Source: Octopus vulgaris (lineage: Eukaryota). From it: a DNA stretch of 64,000 nt. The notes under the pieces are model-generated. The model was given only the letters and a program-made list of their open reading frames with translations, searched no databases and was not told the DNA's origin. Numbering within the stretch: position 1 is the first letter of the stretch; the number at the start of each line of letters is the position of its first letter. Positions 42,895 through 58,474 of this stretch are shown here, piece after piece. The DNA lies in the NCBI GenBank assembly GCA_951406725.2, contig OX597838.1:11904001-11968000 (forward strand). The letters run 5' to 3'. The translations under genes and the position numbers were made by a program.

Positions 42895-44120
42895 GTGATG
42901 GGTGGTGGTGGTAGTGGTAGTGGTGGTACCAGTTGGTGTTGGAGATGGTGTGAGTAGTATTTGTGATATTGGTGGCTGCTGTGGTGGTGTGGAGATCGTT
43001 GTGGCAGTAGTTTTAGTGTCGAGGGGGTTGTGGCGGTGGTAGTAGTGGTATTGTTGTTGTTGGTGATGATGATACTGCTGTAGTAGTAGTAGTAGTAGTA
43101 GTAGTAGTTGTTGTTGCTGGTGGTGGTGGTAGCTGTGCCCGTGTTATTAAGACTGCTGTTTTTTTCTTGTTATAGAGATGAAGATGGCAATAGTGGCGTG
43201 GAACTAACAGTAGTGGTTGCAGTAGCGGTAGTCTTGTTACTGTTGTTGTTGTTATTGGTGGTGGTAGTTGTGGTGGTAGTGGTGGTGGTGGTGGTGGTGT
43301 TGGTGTTGGTGTTGGTGTTGGTGTTGGTGGTGGTTGTGGTGGTAGTGGTTGTGGTGGTAGTGGTGGTGTTGGTGGTGTTGGTGTTGGTAGTGGTGGTGTT
43401 GGTGGTGGTGGTGGTTGGTGGTGGTGTTGGTGGTGGTGGGTGGTGGTGGTGGTGGTGGTGGTGGTGGTGTGGTGTTGGTGGTGGTGTTGGTGGTGTTGGT
43501 GGTAGGGGTTGTGTTCGCGGTGGGGACGTTATGTAAAATCAATAACATAGTGTATTATTTTTCGCACTACAACTCTAACATTTTGCCATTCCATACCACT
43601 ACCACTACCACCACTACCACCACTACCACCACAGCAACAGCGGCGACATTAACAGCAATGACAACAACAATAAAGAGAGTTGCCGTCATCACCGCCACTG
43701 CTGGTCAGTCACACCTATGACCAATATCTTGGTCGCTGCTACCACCACCACCACCACCACCACCACCACTACCACCACCACCGCTGGTCAGTTACACCGA
43801 TCAGCATCTTCAGTAACACCATCACTACCACTCACCACCATGATCACTACGGCTATCAATGGTCACCGTAACCGCCGCCACTGCTTGCCGCCTTCCGGTC
43901 AATCACACATTCCGCCATTTTTCTTTTACATTTTCACCACTACAACCACCCACCACCACCACCATTACCAACACCAACAAACACCGCCACAAACAAGAAC
44001 GACATCACTACCACCGCTACCCACCCTCTTCACCATCTTCACCGACATTATCATCACTACCATTACCTTCGCCGCCGCCGCCACCACCATCACCACCACC
44101 TCCACCATCACAACAACAAC
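42895..44120. repeat. (GGT)n tract followed by (ACC)n-rich tracts
   Basis: Direct inspection. Confidence 0.85.
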
Positions 44121-44538
44121 ACCATGGTCACTGAGAGTCTGCTGCAAGGTGTTGAATTCTAAAAGCAAAGAAGCAAGGAAGATGAAAAGGAAGAAACGGT
44201 GTTGGTGATGGTGTGGGGGGTTAGATTGACACTTAACTCAGCGACTGACACGTGACGGAAGCCATTTTATTCGGTGTCCATCTAGTCCTAATGTCGTCCT
44301 TGAAGGCAAAAACAAACCACTTGATATTTATTTTCTCAAACACTGGCCAAAATTGATGACTATTTCTCTTTAATACCTTCTGAAATTGTTTATTTATATA
44401 TTATGTTTATTATTGGTTGATTTGTTTATTGATCTACTTAAACACTTGCGCAATACATACATACGTTGCACGTACGTACATACATATCTATCTATCTGCC
44501 TATCTATCTATGAGTCTGTGTGTGTGTGTTTGTGTGTG

Positions 44539-44577
<39 letters not shown>

Positions 44578-44578
<1 letters not shown>

Positions 44579-44975
44579 GCGCAGGTGCGGCTGTGTGGTA
44601 AGAAGCTTACCACATGGTTTCGGGTTCAGTCCCCCTTCGTAGTATATTGGGCAAGTGTCACCTGCTAAAGCCTCGGGCCAAACAAGGCCTTGTGAGTGCA
44701 TTTGGTAGACGAAAAATGAAAGAAGCCCGTCGTATATATACGCGCGCGCGTATTTGAGTCTGTGTTTGTTCCCCCGTCACTACTTGACAACCGGCGTTCG
44801 TGTGTTTACATCTCCGTAAGTTATCGGTTCGGCAAAAGAGACCGATAGAATAAGTGCTACACTTTTTAAAAAAATTGCTGGGGTCCATTTCTTCGACTAA
44901 AACGCTCCAAGGCGGTGCTCTAGCATGGCCGCAGTCAAATGACTGAAAGAAGTAAAAGAATAAAGGAATAAAAGT
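44578..44975 (+). mobile_element. SINE family A-type copy
   Basis: agcgcaggtgcggctgtgtggtaag...gggttcagtccc...catggccgcagtcaaatgactgaaa. Confidence 0.85.
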
Positions 44976-45571
44976 CTTCAGCTTTTTCCATTTGCCAAAT
45001 GGTTTGCAAGGCACCAGCAGACCACAAGAGACACGTTCGTGTCCATAGTACATGATTACCGCTTTATTTTACTGAACCTTTATTTGTCGTTCACGACGAG
45101 AAAATCCTTCATTTATGTATGTATGTATGTATGTATGTATGTATGTATGTATGTATGTATGTATGTATGTATGTATTAAAATTAAAATTAATATTAAAAT
45201 TTAAAAAAAATTTAAGTTTTACTTTTATTTTTATACAACATAATATTACACGGTATTTTCTATACCTTGATTACAATTTTTTTCCCCTCTGAGCACTTAA
45301 TGTTTTCCGAGATCCCAGTATAACGCCCTAAGTTTCATTGTGTACGTCCCTTTAACTGAAAATTATGACAAGAGTTAATGTCACCCCTACCCTACCACCT
45401 TACGAGAATTTACTGCTATCTACTTGATCCCTTCTATAGTTTGTTTCTTTTTGTAGTGTGGGGTACTTATGAAAGTAAGAAATTAAGGTATAGCAAGAAA
45501 TAAGGATCAGGAGAAAGGCCTCGACTGGCTTACGGAAAAAACCCTCCCAGGCCGGATTCTAAGAGCGACAG

Positions 45572-45699
45572 GAACGCTGGGACCGGTGTATTGCTGCTGA
45601 AGGTGAATGTTTCGAAAGAGAAGACGTTAAAACTTAGGTAAATAAGTTAGTTTATTATTAAACATAACTAGTCCTGGAACTTGTTGATACCTCCGCGTA
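45572..45699 (+). mobile_element. mariner 3' end remnant
   Basis: RWDRCIAAEGECFE matches the mariner C-terminal RW.KCI...GEYFE. It is followed by the TIR-like agtcctggaacttgttgatacctccgcgta. Confidence 0.6.
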
Positions 45700-45991
45700 T
45701 TTCTGGAATATTCGTTGTAAAGAAGGAGGATCACGTGAAAAGTGCGTATGTTTCCAATAGAATGCTCGTTGAGTAACAGAAAATGGAAAAGTTAAAAGAC
45801 AGAATACAAACATAGTCGTTATTGACCTTTTAGGTCTCTCTCGTCGCTTTGACGAATGAGGACCTAGTTGGACAGTGTTATCAGGTCGATATTTTGCGGT
45901 GTCGTGTGTTATGGGGATTCTGGGATCTAGCTTTCTGTCTCTCTTTTTCTTCATATATATATATATATATATATATTATACACACGCACAT

Positions 45992-46513
45992 AGAGAAATA
46001 ACCTCTATTAAGCAATCCAATAGTGAAAGTCATTATCCATATTAAATAGAAAAAAATTTAAATATACTATAATAAATATTATTTAAAAAATAAACATTAA
46101 ATTGACTACACGCATTTCGTGACTATATCTTTAAATCGATAATAATAAAATCAATATTATTAAAATTAATTCGATTTAAAATTAATTCGATTTAAAAATA
46201 TAGCCACTCTTCAGATCTAAAATAATATAATTTATGTATGTATCTAACAAATAACCGTATTGTAACAATAAATATTCGAATAAAATTTATCAATATTAAT
46301 GAAAAAATAAAATAATAACTTATCTTATTGAAGAACACCAATTAGCCCGAAGAGTGGCTATATTTTTAAATCGAATTAATTTTAAATCGAAACGCGCGTA
46401 GTCAATTTAATTTATTAATTTTTTCAATATTTATTATAGTAAATTTAAATTTTTTCTATTTAATATGGATAATGTGTTTCACTATTGAATTGTTTAATAG
46501 AGGTTATTTCTCT
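45992..46513. mobile_element. Penelope-type inverted terminal repeat pair (~520-bp palindrome) with a hammerhead-like motif in each arm
   Basis: Arms agagaaataacctctattaa.../...ttaatagaggttatttctct. Minus arm: CTGAAGA-gtggctatat...atatagtcac-GAAAtgcgtgta. Plus arm: ccgaaga-gtggcta...GAAAcgcgcgta. Confidence 0.7.
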
Positions 46514-46525
46514 TAATTATATACA

Positions 46526-46589
<64 letters not shown>

Positions 46590-47089
46590 AAAATTTAGAT
46601 TCAGATGAATATAGTACATAAGTTGAGGCACTAGAATTTAGTCCGGTATTATCCATACAATTTCAAAGTAAGGTGATTAAAATCAATTACCGGGTTTTAG
46701 TCCTGATTATAATAAGCTAAATAAGTTAATTACCAATTTTTAGCTCATAATACTTAAATTGTTATATATTTTCTATAAATACTTGCTTTTGAAGTTAATA
46801 AGGTATGGATATTTTTTATGGTTTTTAGTAATTAGGCTGTTTTTATTCCTTTTCTATGATACTCTACCCTAACTGCTCATTTTATTATTATTGTTATTAT
46901 TATTTTATAGTAAACCTATTAATCTTTGTACACCTATTAATTTGTACTCACCTTATATAAGGTAAAACCTGTTGGCTAAAGGCCTCTCTAGAATATGGAG
47001 GAAGAAAGGATCCCGTTACTCAATGTTAACGAAGGGGATTGTCTTCCCTTGGCTATCGATCGCCGATGTCAACAAAGGAGATTGTATCC

Positions 47090-48400
47090 CCTTGGCTATC
47101 GATCGCCGGTGACCCTGTTTTCCAGTGTGTTCCAATAGGTTAGCAGGTACTTCCTGAAATGTAAGCACGGTCCGAAGACCTTCGTTCTGGAGTTCAGGAT
47201 ATTCCCTGAGTCGAAGGAGTCCTTTAGGATCCTCGCTCGTTCCGCAATACATAATTTACAGCGATTAGTCCCGTTAATGTAGGGGCCTGGATTTTCTAAG
47301 ATTCTCCATCATATTGTGTATGGAATCCCGTCATCTATCAACTGCCATACATGGCTGGCTTATGACGTGACAAATCTCCTCTCCGGTATCTCGAAGGAGG
47401 ATCTGTGGTTGGTGGGGCGTTATTTGAATGAGTTTCCAGAACAGCCGATGTATGTTGGTGGTCGGGTGTTGGTGTTGGTGTGTCTGTTGGTGTTGCCGTC
47501 GCCATCGATGGAGGCGCTGTCTTCACAGTTGTAGATGTCACTGGCGATGTCTCTACTATTATTTCCGTTAGGAATACTACCGTTGCTGTTGTCGCTGGCG
47601 ATAGTACTGCGGCTGCTGCTGCTACTGGAATTGTCGAGCCTGCTGCTGTAGACGTAGTCTTTAGGGAAGCTGCTGCTGCTGGTTCTGTTCCCGTTTTTGC
47701 TACTGCTAGTGTTGGTACTGACGTCCCTGCTACTGTGGTCGCCCTTAAGGGAACTGCTGATGTTGCTACTGCAGCTAGGATCGGTCAGTACCTCAGCTTC
47801 ATAGACGACCCCCTTGGTTTCGCAGTGGCTCCTCACTGGGCATCTGTTGCGGTCCCTGGATGACAACCCTGCCTTCGCTCGTGGTCTAGGGGTGCTAATT
47901 AGAACGCTCTTAATATTGGGGACACAGCTAAAAGAGACCCTAAGGTTGTGCCTGTTGAAAATGCGTCCGTATCTATGTGAACTAGTGAACTATTTATCTA
48001 TTAACTTAAGAAATGTCCTACCTACAGATGTTTTTACGTTAAGAGAGGAGGTGGGGTGATGTGGGGCGGGAACCAAATGATATTTTTGTGACGCTGCTTT
48101 CTCCGGATGATTGGGCCCGGCATGTAGGAGATGCGGTCCCTAAATCCGTTAGAAGCTAGGGCCTCGTTATATTAGGGGGCTGCTGTATCAAAAAACTCTT
48201 GGCTGGAAGAAAGGTTAGCGATCCTCTTTCTAACGCCCTTCACCAGGCTTTTGAACACGATGGCTGGGTGGTAGAAGGCTGTGTTGGTGTACGTTATCCT
48301 CTCATTTGGCTTGCCGTAGGGCCTGTATGTACCGGGTCCCAAGTCGAGCCCGACGTCTAAGAAGTCCGCGGTGGTGATGTTGGTCCAGATGGTGATAAAC
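47090..48400 (-). mobile_element. Penelope-like element (Naiad-type) pseudo-ORF: RT C-terminus, linker and GIY-YIG endonuclease
   Basis: DFLDVGLDL..TYRPYGKPN..YHP; KNIIWF; VGRTFLKLIDK; IFNRHNLRVSFSCVPN; RCPVRSHCETKGVVYEAEV; YIGCSGNSFK*R..NHRSSF; HVWQL; WRIL; CKLCIAE; LNSR...CLH. Several stops and a frameshift. Confidence 0.88.
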
Positions 48401-48518
<118 letters not shown>

Positions 48519-49502
48519 AATATATACGTACATTCATACACGCATGCATACCCACAAAAGTACTAATATTGGCAAAAACATTTAACACTTTTACTGTATT
48601 TTGTTTAGAAATTTACTGAATCTTTTATAATAAAATTTTATTTTCAACGAAACAAACCTCTTCCTCTTCCTGTGTGTGGATATGTGTGCGTGTGTACACA
48701 CACACACACACACATACACACATATATATATATGTATGTATGTATATATATGTATTTTTATATATACATATATATAATATATATACACATATATATACAT
48801 ACATAGATATACATACATGCATTTACACACACACACACACATATTATATGTATATATATATACACACACATTTACATTTCGTTTCCATATATTTAAGTTT
48901 TATTCCTTTCTCTTAGTATTTATTTATTTATTTATCTATTTATTTAACTTTCTTCTTTCCCTTTGCTCTTTTCCTTTCTTCTTCCCTTTGCTCTTTTCCT
49001 TTCTTTTTTCCTTCATTTTTTTTTTTCTTCTTATTTTGCTGTTCGCTGTTACCACGCCATGTTTTATGGTATCAACGTTGCCCGCTTTCTCTTTTGTTTT
49101 TATGTATTTTTCCCTTGTGTTAGTACCGCACATTAAAGAAATTAATATAAATCTTTTTATGGTGGTTTATCTTACTTCTTCCAAGCCCTGTACCAATCTT
49201 TTACACACGTCAGCGCACGTACATTCACCGAATCGCGGCCATTAACTGCAACAACAGCTACAAGAACATCAACGAAACAAAATTTAAGATGTCCTCCAAT
49301 GTCGTCTGCGTTGAAGTCGACATCGCAGTTGTTGCTGGCTTTGTTGTTGTTGTTGCTGTTGCTGTTGTTGTTATTGCTGTTTTGCTCTTATTTACATCAT
49401 GTTTGTTTGTATTATGTTCTGTTTGTTATATTTTTCTGTCATTTTATTTTTGGCGAGGAGCATGCATGGTGTTTGTGTATGTGTATACGTGCGTTTCTAC
49501 GT

Positions 49503-49535
<33 letters not shown>

Positions 49536-49559
49536 GTGGTACGCAGGCATTTGTTTATT

Positions 49560-49642
49560 CTTTTCTTTCTTTCTGTCTTCTTTCCTTTCATTCATCCTTT
49601 CCATTCCTCTTTTCTAAATCTTTGTTTCTTTCTTTCTTTCCT

Positions 49643-49686
<44 letters not shown>

Positions 49687-49796
49687 TCCTTCTTTCTCTT
49701 TCTTTGTTTGTTTGTTTGTTTGTTTCTTTCTTTCCTTCCTTTCCTTCTTTCTTTCTTTCTTTCATTCATTCTTTCTTTCTTTATTTATTTCTTCCT

Positions 49797-49879
<83 letters not shown>

Positions 49880-50005
49880 TCATTCTTTCTTTCTTTCCCA
49901 TTTCTCTTCGTCTTTCTTTCACCTTTCCCCATTTCTCTCCTTTTCTTTTGCTTTTTTTTCTCTATTTCTTTCTTTCCGTTTCTTTTTTTCTTCTTCTTTC
50001 CTTTG
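49560..50005. repeat. (TTTC)n polypyrimidine tract
   Basis: Direct inspection. Confidence 0.9.
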
Positions 50006-50518
50006 CCACTTGTTTCCCTGAAGAGGTTAAGACAGGAAGGTTAAGTAGACAAACGAGAGGAGTTAAACACAGAAAGGAAAAAAAAACAAAACAAAAATTC
50101 AACGAGGAAAAATAATAAATAAATAAATGACATCAAAAGTGAAAGTAAAGAAAAAGTGAGTACGCATTCATATGCGTATATGTGTGTGTATATACGTATA
50201 TACGAATGTATGCATGTATGCTTGTATGTATGGCTGTATATATACGCATATATATACAAGTATGTATGCATGCATGTATTTATGAGTGTATGTACGTATG
50301 TATGTATGCATGCATGTATATATATGTGTGTGTATGTATGTGTGTATCTAAGTATGTATGTACTAAGGCATATGTGTGTTTATGTGTATATGCATGAATG
50401 TAATTTTATATGTGTGTGTGTGTGCAAATATTATGTATGTATGCGTGAATGAACCTGCCTGGGACCATGTGTAGTTGTGTGAACGAGTGTATGAGAATGT
50501 GGGTGTATGTGTGTGTGA

Positions 50519-50570
<52 letters not shown>

Positions 50571-50906
50571 AGAAGTAACGACAGCATTAGAACATAAATT
50601 GCCTGCGAACAGATTTGAATGAGAATTTAAGAAAAGTGCGCGCGCACTTATTTGTATGCGTCTGTATGCACACACAATGCGTGCGTATTTGCGTGAGTGT
50701 GTGTGTTAGTGCGTTGTGTATGTATGTTGATGTGTGTGTGCAGGAGTGTTTGTGTGTGGGTGTGCACGTGTGCATGTATGCGTGTCTGGATGTGTCTACA
50801 AACTCACACACACACACATTGACATGTAAATATGTATGTATGACACAGATTACATTTAAAAGAGGGTCACAAACATGTGTATGTGTATAAATATAAAAAT
50901 TTATAA

Positions 50907-51741
<835 letters not shown>

Positions 51742-51854
51742 CATACACACATATATTTATGTATATTTATATGAATATATATTTATATTTACGTATATAC
51801 ATACGAATATATATTTATATTTACGTATAAATATATATATGAATATATATTTAC

Positions 51855-51915
<61 letters not shown>

Positions 51916-51965
51916 TATATATTTACGTATATATATATATATATATATATATAGGAATATATATT

Positions 51966-52011
<46 letters not shown>

Positions 52012-52878
52012 TAAATATATGCTTATATATATATGTGTATGTGTATATTTACATAGTGTGTTTAAAGTGATATCAACTTCTGATATGTTATTTAATACAC
52101 ATCTTTCAAGTATTTATGTAAGAAAAATTTTCTTTTACATTAAATCTCCATCCGTTGAATCATTCCTTATATAATTACTTGAAACACGTGTATTAAATGC
52201 ATTCAAAATATCAAAAAATTGGTTTCTGTATAATATATCTCTACATCACAACAGCTTAGCCTGTCTCTGCTTCGTTTACACGGTTCACTTACCGAGGATT
52301 CGGAGTGGAATTTGTGTAGGCGCAAGTCAAAAGATCTGGTAAAGTGTAGTGGATGTCCCTTAAAGTATGCACCTCTCACACAAACAGACAGTCACATACA
52401 TACCTGTAACCCTATATATAAATATAAATATATATATGCATGTATGTACGTATGTATGTATGTATGTATGTATGTATGTATGTATGTATGTATGTATGTA
52501 TGTATGTATGTATGTATGTATGTATGTATGTATGTATGTATGTATGTATGTATGTATGTATGTATGTATGTATGTATGTATGTGTGTAAGATAGATTGTA
52601 CCGTCGAAGATGACGTTTGAGCGTTCAGCTTTTGCCGAACGACCTAGTGACCAAGTGTTAGTGCCGCAGTTTAGCTCATTCTCTCCATCGAATTGACATC
52701 GTCTCAACAGGGTCACTGTGCACCACGCGTAGGATGAACTGTTTTAGTCAAGAACACATAGCACCATCCGGTCCAGGAATTGAAACTGCGATCTCGCGAT
52801 CGTGAGCCCAACTCCCCATGCCCTCACTATATATAATAATAATAATGATAATAATAACAATAAAAATAATAAAAATAA

Positions 52879-52959
<81 letters not shown>

Positions 52960-53188
52960 TAATAAAATGAAAATGGAGAGCACAAATTGACATATGTTAA
53001 TTTATTAACATATATTATTATTATGATATAATAATAAATATAATCCCTACAAGTGTTTCGATTCAAATGTTCTACGATTTAAAACTTTTCAGAAGTGATT
53101 TTCGGCCGGCTGCTCTGATTAGTTAGTTTCTCACCGAAAATATTTCCATAATATGAATTTCTATAAGTTTGCTGTTGGTTTGCGGGTT

Positions 53189-53272
<84 letters not shown>

Positions 53273-54311
53273 TAATATTATGTTAATTTATTTAAACTCT
53301 CCATTTTCCTTTTAATAATGTATATTGTGTCTATACACCCATTTATATTGGAGAAACGTTTCGAAAGGATCAGTAATCACATCAACGTCAACAGTCTAAG
53401 AGAGCCTGCAAACACCAAGAGAACTGCCCCTTCCACAAAATACTGCAAGTAAAAAACGCCCCCCTAGATATAAGTAATAAAAAGTAATTCATTGAAATAT
53501 TAATAAACGTTATATCGTCACTTTATTCAGCATAATCGTGCTATAATGTTACTGTCACTAACGCAGCAGCTCAAACTAAGTATTTGTATTGGCAACGTGA
53601 CGTCCCATCTAACTAAACATCTTGGAATTAACGGTTGTCATAGGAAATCGATAGTGTTATAAATACATATGAATGTAGCAAAACAATAAGCAAAGGAAAT
53701 ATAGACAAATACACCATCCATATACATATGAACATACATAGGTATAAATGTATATGTATGCATGTGTATAAATATATATATAAATACACACACATATGCG
53801 TGTGTGCGTGCGCACGTGCGCTTCTGTACGTGTGCGTGTGTAGCCTTGTTAAAGAGGGAAATTTATTTTATATTTCAATAAAACTTCGGCAGTGAAATAT
53901 AACGAAATATTCGAAATCTAAAACAAGTCGAAAAAATTATTTTTCAAAAATGGCACACGCACACATTCAAGCGTACAGGTGTAATACGCGTAGGCATATA
54001 AGTACACAGACATGCACACTGATAGGAAGAACATTATGCCGAGAATAAGCAAAAAAAAAAAAAATGAAAAAAATGACAAAATACAAAGGCTATTACAAAA
54101 AGTAAAAGAAAATGAAAACAACGCCAAAATTCTCGCTGTCACACAGATACACACATACAATCTCATGTGCAGGGACGTGCACACACACATGATCACACAC
54201 GCAAGAAGACACGCATATAAGCTCATATGCACGCACACACGAACACACAATCACACACAGGAACACACAAACGCACAAACACATATGCATACATACACTC
54301 AATCATATACA

Positions 54312-54356
<45 letters not shown>

Positions 54357-55001
54357 GACACACACATACGCACACGCACACATACGCACGCACGCAACGA
54401 AAAACGAAAGACAACATCACGAACAAAAATATCAAAACGAACTGGGATAAATATAACAACGTGAAGAGCAACAAAAAAACCCACCAAAAAACAAAAGGAA
54501 AAGAGGGAAAAAAAATCCCCCAAAACAATAGTAACAGCAATATCAACAACATCAATCTCAGTAACTACAACATCAACAAGATTAGCAACAACAACGAACT
54601 ATCTCAATCATTTTGTAACAATATATCAAAATGGTGGACTTAGCTCATCTCAAAATGGCTGCTTGTTCAGTGTTTTATTTCATCTTTATTTTAGATATAT
54701 TGCATTGTTCTTGTTCTTATTCCATCTCTGTTTCGATAGCTTCATCTGTAATGTTATTATCAGCTGAAAACTAAATATTATGGTCTCTTCCAAAGCGACT
54801 GATCATTCTATCAAAGTATGAACTGAGCGAATGTATTCTAGCGATGGCGGACAATATAATTTGAAAATATAGAATACAATAGTAGAATTTATGTGTCTTT
54901 GTGTATATGTATGTGTATGTATGTCCTTTTTTGTGTATATGTGTATGCATGCGCGTGTATAAATGTGTGTTTATAAATGTGTATGTATATGTATGGGAAT
55001 A

Positions 55002-55081
<80 letters not shown>

Positions 55082-55185
55082 GTGTGTGTGTGTAATACGC
55101 ACACAAACACACACACATATATATTCAAATATATATATATATTTATATTTATACATGGATGGTCCGCAACAAACATATATATATA

Positions 55186-55256
<71 letters not shown>

Positions 55257-55395
55257 TTATTTAATTTTAGTACATATTTGAGTATATATTTAACTAGAAT
55301 ATAATGTATACATCCCAGAAGTAATATATAAATGTGTGCGTGTGCGTAAATGTGTGTGTATATATATGTATATATATATACATATATACATAATT

Positions 55396-55489
<94 letters not shown>

Positions 55490-56645
55490 GGCATGTGCGC
55501 ATGTATGTGTGTCTGTATGTGTGCGCATTTGCAGGTCGCCGTCCTAAAATGTCTCCCATAAATAAGTATTAAAAAAATACGTAAAACATACAATAGGACA
55601 GAAATTACAAAAAGCTATACTATCTTCAAAAATCGTTAATATGGTTCTTATATTGAGAAAATAGCTTTTCGTGTTTCCTTGATTGTGTCTTTGTTTTGTG
55701 TGCTTTTTTTGTTCTCTTTCTATCTATTTTGGTTTCTTTTCATTGTGTGAAGGGGCCTCTTTTAGGTTTTTGAAATGAAATCATCTGTTAGTTATAGTTA
55801 TTGCTTATTATTGTTGTCTTTTGAATATGGAAGGCCATCGGTTGGTGTGTGTGTGTTTACGTGAATGGTCTCCACTGTCTTACATGTCATTAATTTAACT
55901 TGTCTGAGAAACACTTCCGGTGGTGTTGGCGGTGACGGAAGCGATAGAAGTAGATTCAGTTTGAAAGACATACTTATTTACAGCCAGTAGGACTGTACTT
56001 AGTTAAATCTTCGTACAATACTGATTGTAGAATGAAAATATTATTAATTATTCTATATAACACACTTTTTCCCCGTAGTAGTAAGTGCTATTTTTTCTGT
56101 TACATGTATTGAAAAGATATAGAAAATGGATATTATTTCCGTGAAAATTTGCTTTAGATAAAATTACTATGAAATTTACCTATTTCTTAAGGGAAAGTAG
56201 GTGATGTTTTTTCATGTTAAGTATGTAACATGATTTAAAACTTAGGTTATATAAAAATGAACTCAAAAGTTTAAATGCGAGTAGTTTTTCGAGATTTGTG
56301 ATTATATTATAAACCTCTTTGACATATTAGCTGCAGAAATATAGTGAGCCATCCTGTTTTCGGGATATGTTTCCTGCAGTCGAGATTCGAGTTTCATTCC
56401 GAACTGGCAGAAACTTTTGCTTTGTTCCTATTATCTCTTTAAATTCGTTAAGATGAATGACAAGAATATGGACTTCCAGGAATATCCAGCTGCCCATTTT
56501 ACTGTAGATCTTTACGAGATACTCAACCTGTGTCATCTGGTTTCTGCCTTGTGCTTGTCCAGGAAGCTCTGGATCATTGAAATATAAGCTGCTTTCTCTT
56601 TCTGACTGACTTTCTTGGTTGGATGGATGGTTAATACTATATTAA

Positions 56646-56699
<54 letters not shown>

Positions 56700-56704
<5 letters not shown>

Positions 56705-56879
56705 GGACTGACCACTAATAGTGGACGGTCAATATGCTATATATATATATAATGGGTATTTTCCACGAAGAATGTGTTCTCAAGAAAACACGCTTCCTTG
56801 AGAACACATTCTTCGTGGAAAATAGCGATTTTGACGTCTAAAGCATATTGACCGTCCACTTTTAGTGGTGTCCTTTAAA
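56700..56879. repeat. ~180-bp imperfect palindrome
   Basis: Outer arms taaaggac..accacta..agtggacggtcaatatgct / agcatattgaccgtccact..tagtggtgtccttta. Inner perfect 28-bp arms tattttccacgaagaatgtgttctcaag / cttgagaacacattcttcgtggaaaata. Confidence 0.9.
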
Positions 56880-56974
56880 TTTTGTATGTAAAAAATATTT
56901 TAATCTTCGATTTTTTTTTTATGCTGTCCACTGGTTCTAATTGATTAATAACAATTTCTACCCTTATTCAATTT

Positions 56975-57041
<67 letters not shown>

Positions 57042-57131
57042 ACATGTCAGCATATATTTTCCCGCATTCAAATATAAGCACTTACATACATGCATAGACA
57101 TGAGCATGTACACATACGTATGTATGTACAT

Positions 57132-57350
57132 ACTCTCTTTACTCTTTTACTTGTTTCAGTCATTTGACTGCGGTCATGCTGGAGCACCGCCTTTAATCGA
57201 GCAAATCGACCACGGGACTTATTCTGTGTAAGCCCAGTACTTATTCTATCGGTCTCTTTTGCCGAACCGCTAAGTGACGGGGACGTAAACACACCAGCAT
57301 CGGTTGTCAGGCAATGCTAGAGGGACAAACACAGACACACAAACATATAC

Positions 57351-57381
<31 letters not shown>

Positions 57382-57548
57382 CATATATATGACAGGCTTC
57401 TTTCAGTTTCCGTCTACCAAAACCACTCACAAGGCTTTGGTCGGCCCGGGGCTATAGCAGAAGACACTTGCCCAAGATGCCATACGTAGTGGGACCGAAC
57501 CCGGAACCATGTGGTTGGTTAGCAAGCTACTTACCACACAGCCACTCC
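57132..57548 (-). mobile_element. SINE family A copy
   Basis: Near-identical to 476-887. Confidence 0.9.
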
Positions 57549-58419
57549 ATACACATATATGCATTTATAAATGTACACTCCTATACTTATATGTGCGATT
57601 ATGCAATCGCTGACATCCATAAACACACACAAATAAACACACAAGCTTAACGATGCACACAGACAAATATATTCGTACATACATGCACACATAATACATA
57701 CATACATACATCTACAAGCATGAGTGCATATACGCCTCAGGCACGCGCACATACCAACGCAATTCTATCACCAATAGAAATACAAGTTCAAAGATGCACG
57801 CCGATGCACATCTACTTACAAAAATGCATACACACGTACACACATGCACACACACATACACACACATATACAGACATATATACATACACAAACACACACA
57901 CACACACACACACACTCTCTCTCTCTCTCTCTTCCTCTTTTCTAAGGAAATAAATCCACAAGTTCAAAGTAACTGACTCAAATATACATACACACTTTAA
58001 CGTACACACAAGCACATACATACACACATTAAGGTACACGCAAACACACGCATACACACACACATACACACATGTATAGACACACACTTATGCACACATG
58101 CCCACACACACTCCTCATTGAATAACATCATGTACAAATATATATTTCTCATTATATAAACTCCTGTGAAATAAATTCGCCTTTACCGAAAATTCTTCAA
58201 GCATTTAAGAACCCATTCCTGTGAAATTTGTGTCCATGTCTTGGCTGTCGCCATTTTATGCTTCCACCACAACCACCACCAGCATCACCACCACCACCAA
58301 CTCCACCATCACCACCACTACCACCACCTCCAACAACAACAACAACAACAATCACAAACCACAATCCCACCACCAACCACAAGCATCACCACCACCACCA
58401 TCACCATCATCATCATCAT

Positions 58420-58474
<55 letters not shown>

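Noticed and set aside
47300-47870. Selenocysteine recoding in the Naiad-type endonuclease
   Set aside because: The in-frame TGA (YTI*WRIL) is not at a cysteine position, the other stops are TAA/TAG, and the expected CxC reads LSS. This is ordinary decay.
54718-54764. Possible minus-strand terminal exon DNNITDEAIETEME* followed by AATAAA
   Set aside because: It is too short, and such signals are common in AT-rich DNA.
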